Shown: in pieces, positions 58,528 through 64,000 of the stretch
Position numbering within the stretch: the first letter of the stretch is position 1
Layout of the letters: every line of letters starts with the position of its first letter
Assembly: GCA_026396675.1 (NCBI GenBank)
Contig: JAPLWI010000013.1
Coordinates: 1,218 to 65,217, forward strand
Direction: 5' to 3'
Source of the DNA: Candidatus Kaiserbacteria bacterium
GTDB taxonomy: Bacteria; Patescibacteriota; Minisyncoccia; Phycocordibacterales; Phycocordibacteraceae
Length of the DNA: 64,000 nt
Translations under genes and position numbers: made by a program
Notes under the pieces: generated by a model
Database searches by the model: none
What the model was told of the DNA's origin: nothing
What the model saw: only the letters and a program-made list of their open reading frames with translations

Positions 58528-59277
58528 TCAGGATACGGTGCGAATTATTTCCGTAAGATAATCAACTTCTTTGAAAAATCGTTCTGTGCGCGTGTCGCGC
58601 GGGCGCGTGAGATTTATTGAAATCGTTTCTCGAACACTACCGGGGCGCGTACCCATCACGATGATCTGGTCCGACAGTTCAATCGCATCAGGAATGAGAT
58701 GGTTCACCATGAAAATCGTCATGCCGTATGAACGCCAGATTTTTAGCAGATCAGCTTTCAGTGATTCAACGGTAATAGTATCCAGATTAGAAAACGGTTC
58801 GTCCATGATCAAAAAATCAGGAGAAATCGCGAGCGCGCGCGCGAGACCAACGCGCTGGCGCTGGCCGCCAGATAGCGCAGAAGGATAATGATTTTCAAAA
58901 TGTTCAAGACCAACTTCCTTTAATTTCTCGCGTGCGATACGTTTACGTTCTCTTCGCGACATTCCCGCCATTCGTAGACCAAACGCTACATTATCAATCG
59001 CAGAGAGCCAAGGGAAAAGCGCATAATTTTGAAATACCATCGCCGGCCGAGAAAAATTGCGTACGATGGTGCCGCTCGTATGGTTCATCAAACCGAGAAT
59101 AACGCGCATCAAAGTTGATTTGCCGGCGCCAGACGGTCCGATAATCGAGACGAATCCGCCGGTGGGGATAGAGAGCGAAACATCCTTTAAAACCAGTGTA
59201 TTTTTTGTTTCTTCGTCCTTAAATTGCGCGGAGACGCGCGCGAGGACGAGTGCCATGTCGTGTTTATTATTCTGCAT
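58528..59277 (-). CDS. ABC ATPase, nitrate/sulfonate/taurine type
   Basis: GPSGAGKS, VFQNYALFPW, LSGGQRQR, MDEPF. Confidence 0.9.
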   Translation of the reverse strand: MQNNKHDMALVLARVSAQFKDEETKNTLVLKDVSLSIPTGGFVSIIGPSGAGKSTLMRVILGLMNHTSGTIVRNFSRPAMVFQNYALFPWLSAIDNVAFGLRMAGMSRRERKRIAREKLKEVGLEHFENHYPSALSGGQRQRVGLARALAISPDFLIMDEPFSNLDTITVESLKADLLKIWRSYGMTIFMVNHLIPDAIELSDQIIVMGTRPGSVRETISINLTRPRDTRTERFFKEVDYLTEIIRTVS

Positions 59278-59590
59278 ACCGAGTAGGACAACTTTGGATT
59301 GCGCCTCCTGCTACATGATCTCGCAAACGCTTAGCGAGAAAGCGGCGGCCTCCGGTCGTTTTGAGATAACCTTCGCGACGTTTCGTATCACTGTACGAAC
59401 GACCAGCTTCATAATAAATGAGTACAAATGGCCGCCGCGGAGCAGTTGAAAAACTTTTACCAGCTTGATGTTCTTGGAATCGTCGGCGCAGATCATTGGT
59501 CATACCAACATAGCGTTTCCCATCAGTCATACTTTGCAGTATATAGACATAATAAAATTTATTCTTATCCAAAGTTGTACTACTCGGCAT
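59267..59590 (-). CDS. GIY-YIG nuclease
   Basis: YYVYILQS, YVGMT.DL.RR..EH, RE.YLK. Confidence 0.92.
   Translation of the reverse strand: MPSSTTLDKNKFYYVYILQSMTDGKRYVGMTNDLRRRFQEHQAGKSFSTAPRRPFVLIYYEAGRSYSDTKRREGYLKTTGGRRFLAKRLRDHVAGGAIQSCPTRYAE
59279..59587 (-). mobile_element. 309-bp TIR element carrying only a GIY-YIG nuclease; 4-bp TATG duplication
   Basis: 21-bp IR at 59279-59299/59567-59587 (1 mismatch); CATA at 59275-59278 and 59588-59591. Confidence 0.85.
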
Positions 59591-60329
59591 AGCGTTTACT
59601 GCTTTCAGCGAGAAGCGGCGTCCAGATCATCCTATTTATCACGAAGACAATGATAAGGATGACAAACATGCCAGCAATCGCGGCTTGATTAATCCCAGAT
59701 GCGCTCGCGGTCTTTATGAACGCGCCAAAACCGGAAATGTTCGCGATGATTTCAGCGCCAATGACCGACTCCCAACCAATGGCGATTCCGACGATTGAGC
59801 CGGTAAGGATCGCAGGTAAGGAAAGCGGTGCGAGATAGAAGGGAATACGTCGAAGTCCACGCGCGCCGAAAATTGTTGCCGCATCGCCTAAGTCCTTGTG
59901 TGCATTTTTAATCGCGGCCAATATAGCGAAAAGAATTGGCCAGATGATGGAACTCACTGCGAAGAAAATAATCATCTGGTCGGTGTAGCCGAGGAAATAG
60001 ATGAAAAAAGGAATAAGTGCAAACGACGGAATATTTTGTAAAACATCAAATACAGGGAAGAATGTGTCAGCGAACGGACTCCATCCTACTAATAACGCAA
60101 TAGACACGCCGAGAATAAGCGCGATGCCATACGCGAGTGCGAGACGATAGGTGGTATGGAAGACAGCGTTACAAAGAGTTGTCCACGAAACCGTTCCAAA
60201 GTAGCCGAGAGCCATGAGAATAATCGCAGCGCCAATAACGCCCGCCATAATCACCCACGCCCTTCGATGTCGCGCTTTATGTGCGCGTCGCCACGCGCCG
60301 GTCTGCTGATGTGCAACACTCCGAATCAT
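59580..60329 (-). CDS. ABC permease, nitrate/sulfonate/taurine type
   Basis: DAA.IFGA (EAA-like loop), P.ILTG, I.AE. Confidence 0.88.
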   Translation of the reverse strand: MIRSVAHQQTGAWRRAHKARHRRAWVIMAGVIGAAIILMALGYFGTVSWTTLCNAVFHTTYRLALAYGIALILGVSIALLVGWSPFADTFFPVFDVLQNIPSFALIPFFIYFLGYTDQMIIFFAVSSIIWPILFAILAAIKNAHKDLGDAATIFGARGLRRIPFYLAPLSLPAILTGSIVGIAIGWESVIGAEIIANISGFGAFIKTASASGINQAAIAGMFVILIIVFVINRMIWTPLLAESSKRYAE

Positions 60330-60441
60330 GTATTAATCGCGAATCATACGTTCATCATAGCGCGTTCTTGACCGGTATATAAGTAGTATAATATCCCTTG
60401 GATAGGAAGCGGGTATTTATCAATTTAAAGATACATTATTT

Positions 60442-61119
60442 ATGCGTGTACTTCGAACTATAGGAGTGATAGGAAGCGCTACGGCTCTTCTTCTATCGGC
60501 AACCGTTGTGTTTGCCGAGGGACAGGTAACAAGTACTTCTCGCGTGGAAGCCACTAGTGATTATCGTGCAATAGCCGCGTCAACAACCGCGCGCATGCAA
60601 GTCGTGCGCATAGAAGCACAGGATCGGATGCAGACACAGCGCGAGAAAGTAACACAGCGCATGATGGACATTCAGGACAAAGCGAAACAGCAGATGGCAC
60701 AAAATCTTGCTGTGCAGTTCGACAATCTTAATTCAACATGGACTGATCATTTTATGAATCTTCTTGATCACTATGATTCTATTGTGCAGAAGATTCAGGA
60801 TAGAGCAACTATCTCTGGAAATGCAGGGAAGGATATTGCGAGTACCACGGTAGCCATTAAATCGGCGCATGATGTGATAGCAAGTGCCCGAACGGCGGTA
60901 ATCGCACAGGCGGAAAAGACGTACACGCTTGACCCATCGACTATTTCTAAGACGGCGACCACCACATCAAGCGGTCAAGAAAAAATTATGAAAGGTCTTC
61001 GGACTTCGTTCCAGAAACTCCACACCACGCTGTTCAAGGATCTCTTCGCTTTGCGCGACGGTGCAATGAAGGATGCGCGCAAGTCGGTTCAGAACGCACT
61101 TCAGACGCTAGACAAATAA
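60442..61119 (+). CDS. secreted helical hypothetical protein
   Basis: signal peptide, coiled-coil character. Confidence 0.75.
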   Translation: MRVLRTIGVIGSATALLLSATVVFAEGQVTSTSRVEATSDYRAIAASTTARMQVVRIEAQDRMQTQREKVTQRMMDIQDKAKQQMAQNLAVQFDNLNSTWTDHFMNLLDHYDSIVQKIQDRATISGNAGKDIASTTVAIKSAHDVIASARTAVIAQAEKTYTLDPSTISKTATTTSSGQEKIMKGLRTSFQKLHTTLFKDLFALRDGAMKDARKSVQNALQTLDK

Positions 61120-61130
61120 TTAAAACTACT

Positions 61131-61379
61131 ATGAACGACCAACAAATGGATCAGGGTTTATCAAGCAAAATGTGGTACATCATCGGCGCAGTCGTTGTAA
61201 TTGCGCTTGCATTCTGGTACTTTTCCGCATCTCCGGTGAAGGCACCGACTGCAAATACGCAGACACCGAGCGACAATACCACTGCGGCTATTTCAGCTGA
61301 TCTGAATCAAACTTCAGACGGTTCCGCTGAACTCGATCAGGCCGCGGCCGCTTCGGCCCAAGCAGTGCAGGGATTTTGA
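61131..61379 (+). CDS. small single-TM protein
   Basis: N-terminal TM, Ala/Thr-rich tail. Confidence 0.7.
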   Translation: MNDQQMDQGLSSKMWYIIGAVVVIALAFWYFSASPVKAPTANTQTPSDNTTAAISADLNQTSDGSAELDQAAAASAQAVQGF

Positions 61380-61453
61380 GGAGTAACTACGTTGAATAAA
61401 GCAAGTTTTTAAAGTATCGTGCATGAAGTGCGCGACGCTTCGCGTCGCGCCAT

Positions 61454-61524
61454 TGCGGGATCATCTAATGGTAGGATGCGACTCTCTGAAAGTCGTTATT
61501 TTGGTTCGAATCCAAATCCCGCAG
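61454..61524 (+). tRNA. tRNA-Gln(CTG)
   Basis: CGACT-CTCTGAA-AGTCG. Confidence 0.93.
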
Positions 61525-61637
61525 CTCGACGAACGAAGGTGAGGAAGACACTGAGGTCAGTAGACCGAAGTGAAGTATTTATTTGGCGACGAGGGATGCC
61601 TTAAGGCACTGAGAAGTCCTCGACGAGGGGCGGTATT

Positions 61638-61904
61638 ATGTATGGAATGCATTTCGTCTACATCCTCGAATGCGTCGATAAATCTCTTTATGTCGGATGT
61701 ACTAATAATCTCGAGAAACGCCTCAAACAACATAACGATTCAAAATGGGGTGCGCACTATACAAAAATCCGTAGGCCAGTAATTCTGAAATATTCAGAAA
61801 CATTTCCAACTCTTAAAGAAGCTCGTAAACGAGAATCCGAAATCAAAAGTTGGCGACGAGAAAAGAAATTAAGTTTGATACAATACAAGTTATGCAAAAA
61901 ATAG
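61638..61904 (+). CDS. GIY-YIG nuclease (YhbQ-like)
   Basis: VYILEC.D.SLYVGCT.NL..R..QHN, A.KRE..IK. Confidence 0.92.
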   Translation: MYGMHFVYILECVDKSLYVGCTNNLEKRLKQHNDSKWGAHYTKIRRPVILKYSETFPTLKEARKRESEIKSWRREKKLSLIQYKLCKK

Positions 61905-62164
61905 AAAAGAAGATTTGGCCGGAATATTTTCAGCAGGTTCTTGATAACAAGAAAATATTTGAGCTTCGTCTGAATGATTTTGAAATTGAAGAGGGCGACA
62001 CGCTTGTACTGAAAGAATGGGATCCAGAGACAAAGGAGTACACAGGTCGGGAAGTAGAGAAACAGGTTGGCTATGTCGGCAAATGGAAAATTGAAGAACT
62101 AGAAAAGTTCTGGCCAAAAGAAGATATAGACAGTAAGGGACTTCAGGTTATTTCAATAAAATAG
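61892..62164 (+). CDS. ASCH/PUA-like (DUF3850-like) protein
   Basis: KIWPEYF..V....K.FELRL.D....GD.L.L.EW.....YTGR. Confidence 0.85.
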   Translation: MQKIEKKIWPEYFQQVLDNKKIFELRLNDFEIEEGDTLVLKEWDPETKEYTGREVEKQVGYVGKWKIEELEKFWPKEDIDSKGLQVISIK

Positions 62165-62226
62165 TTGGAAACAGCGTTACCCACACCCTCATTGATTCCT
62201 CACTTCCTATCCTGTATAGTATGAGT

Positions 62227-62316
62227 GTGCCTGTGGGGCGTCAGCCCTATTCCGGCTAATCGTAAGCCGAAGGCAGGCATATCAAAATCACCGACCTCGC
62301 GTCGGTGTTTTTGATT
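62227..62316 (+). ncRNA. candidate three-helix small RNA, copy B, plus terminator
   Basis: TTGATT-17-TATAGT upstream; P1 GTGCCTGT/GCAGGCAT, P2 GGGC-GTCA-GCCC, P3 CGGCT/AGCCG. Confidence 0.75.
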
Positions 62317-62796
62317 TTAGTCCTCCTCGGGATTACCCTTCATTGTGCTGTAGAGCTTTATGTCGCGGTATTTGTTCGTCGTCCACGCTGGCACAATGCT
62401 CCAGAAATGGAGTTGGCCATTATCGCCGATTTTTCGCAGGATGACTTTTATCTTGCGTCCATCAATAATCGCTATGATGCCCCAGTACTTTACAGACCTG
62501 CTTCTCTGAACCTTTTTCTTATAGCTCTTCACTTCAAATTCTTTGAGCGTTTCTTCATATTCCTGATAAGTCGTTGAGAGTTCTACGAGCTTTACGGCTT
62601 TCGGCAATAACTTAAATCGCAGGATTTGTGATGGACGCTCGCGCTCGCTCCGTGAGCCCTTAAAGATGATGTGATTGAAGCCCTCGGCGGTAAAATAAAC
62701 ATACTCACCAAGCGCGGGAGATTGGATAGGACGTATACTCGCGTAGAACTTCTGCGCGTCCTCACAGAGTTTTTCGTAGTTAGATACATCTTCCAT
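62317..62796 (-). CDS. uncharacterised putative nuclease (BECR/RelE-like fold inferred), paralog of 8858-9340
   Basis: GFNH, TYQEY, VKYWG, RKIGDNGQLHFWSIVP. Confidence 0.7.
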   Translation of the reverse strand: MEDVSNYEKLCEDAQKFYASIRPIQSPALGEYVYFTAEGFNHIIFKGSRSERERPSQILRFKLLPKAVKLVELSTTYQEYEETLKEFEVKSYKKKVQRSRSVKYWGIIAIIDGRKIKVILRKIGDNGQLHFWSIVPAWTTNKYRDIKLYSTMKGNPEED

Positions 62797-62941
62797 TGAG
62801 AATAGTTTACACCGTTGCAAGCAAATCTGGTATAAATATCTTATATGCAAACTGTGATTTACCAGTCAGAAGTACGGTTCTGACTTCATCCAAGTCCCGC
62901 AGCCGGCGCTTTTTACTTGGAATTATGCTATACATTTAACT

Positions 62942-63673
62942 ATGGAAAAAGAAACTGTAAAAAAGATTGTTAAAGATAAATATAAAGAGATAGCGACACA
63001 AGGTACCTCTTGTTGTTCATGCAATAAATCAAAAAATATTTCAAAAAGTATTGGGTATTCTGAAGAGGAATTGAAAATTGTGGGCGAGGCAAATTTAGGC
63101 CTTGGTTGCGGTAATCCGTTAGCATTTGGAAAAATAAAAGAAGGAGATGTAGTATTGGATTTAGGTTCTGGGGCTGGAATAGATTCCATTTTGGCTGCTC
63201 AAAAAGTTGGAAGCGAAGGAAAAGTCATAGGTGTAGATATGACTGAAGAAATGATAAACAAGGCAAGAGAGAACGCTAAAAAATACAATATAACAAACGT
63301 GGAGTTTCTTTTGGGAGAAATTGAAAACTTGCCGTTGAAAGATAATTCAGTTGATACAATAATTACGAATTGCGTTATCAATTTAACACCAGATAAAGCC
63401 AAAACATTTAGTGAAGCGTATAGAGTTCTAAAACCAGGTGGAAAAATTTATCTTTCAGACATTGTTTTATTAAAGGAACTTTCAGAAGAACAACGAAACA
63501 ATAAAGACCTATTGTCTGGATGTGTCGCAGGAGCTCTTCTGAAAGAAGATTATCTTAATAAGATAACTGATGCAGGATTTAAAGTGAGAATCTTACATGA
63601 GAATAAGGAAATTAGTAAAGAACAATATAACGGTATTGCGCTCGAAAGCTTAATGGTTGAATTGATAAAGTAA
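62942..63673 (+). CDS. arsM: arsenite methyltransferase
   Basis: [32 protein letters not shown]. Confidence 0.9.
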   Translation: MEKETVKKIVKDKYKEIATQGTSCCSCNKSKNISKSIGYSEEELKIVGEANLGLGCGNPLAFGKIKEGDVVLDLGSGAGIDSILAAQKVGSEGKVIGVDMTEEMINKARENAKKYNITNVEFLLGEIENLPLKDNSVDTIITNCVINLTPDKAKTFSEAYRVLKPGGKIYLSDIVLLKELSEEQRNNKDLLSGCVAGALLKEDYLNKITDAGFKVRILHENKEISKEQYNGIALESLMVELIK

Positions 63674-63795
63674 GGCAATTTTATTGAAAAAAGGTTCCCA
63701 CTTCGTACCAGACGACAAGATTGTTATAATATATTTATGTCAAAAACCTTATATTCATACACGAGGTTCGACCTCGTGCATTCACGTCTTCTAAC

Positions 63796-64000
63796 ATGAA
63801 GTTCATTCTTCATGGAGGGTACACGCGCAGAGATAACGAATCAAATTGTGCGTTCTATGATGAATTTGTGCGCGATATTTCCGATGGCGGAATGGCATTG
63901 CTTGTATACTTCGCAACCCGAGATGAGAGTCATATTCTCGAAAGTTTCGATGACTTGTCAGCAAAATTTAAGGCGCACGCAGGCGAGAAGAATATCAATT
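63796..64000 (+). CDS. partial CDS, possibly peptidase E/S51-like (runs off window end)
   Basis: MKFILHGG... open to the window edge. Confidence 0.5.
   Translation, partial: MKFILHGGYTRRDNESNCAFYDEFVRDISDGGMALLVYFATRDESHILESFDDLSAKFKAHAGEKNIN

Noticed and set aside
61636-61894. Second GIY-YIG gene as a TIR element (TTATG at both ends)
   Set aside because: The inverted similarity at the ends is short and weak, and TTATG is expected at start codons.

Overview
Chromosomal window from a small-genome bacterium, most consistent with Patescibacteria/CPR (Parcubacteria-like). The evidence is short IF2, RF2 and S1, a VirB2/TrbC-type pilin array, mostly SD-less housekeeping genes and dispersed tRNAs. 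It carries ftsA/ftsZ, rpsU, lepB, pth, rpsA, gyrA, rbfA/infB, a glycerate kinase-ppsA-eno-ldh operon, prfB, ftsEX, pyrG, ABC transporters, glycosyltransferases, arsM and 12 tRNAs; I saw no rRNA and no CRISPR array. Main leads: (1) Two paralogous putative nuclease genes (8858-9340 and 62317-62796) are each paired with the same convergently transcribed ~55-60-nt three-helix small RNA, with its own sigma70 promoter and a shared terminator; this is a candidate RNA-protein toxin-antitoxin-like system. (2) A 309-bp element with 21-bp terminal inverted repeats and a 4-bp target duplication encodes only a GIY-YIG nuclease and borrows a host start codon; short palindromic relatives with 4-bp duplications sit in frame inside enzymes. 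(3) A radical SAM/SPASM enzyme is followed by an unannotated 50-aa Cys/Gly/Asp precursor-like peptide and a prolyl oligopeptidase (candidate RiPP). All product calls come from motif recognition by eye, not from database searches.
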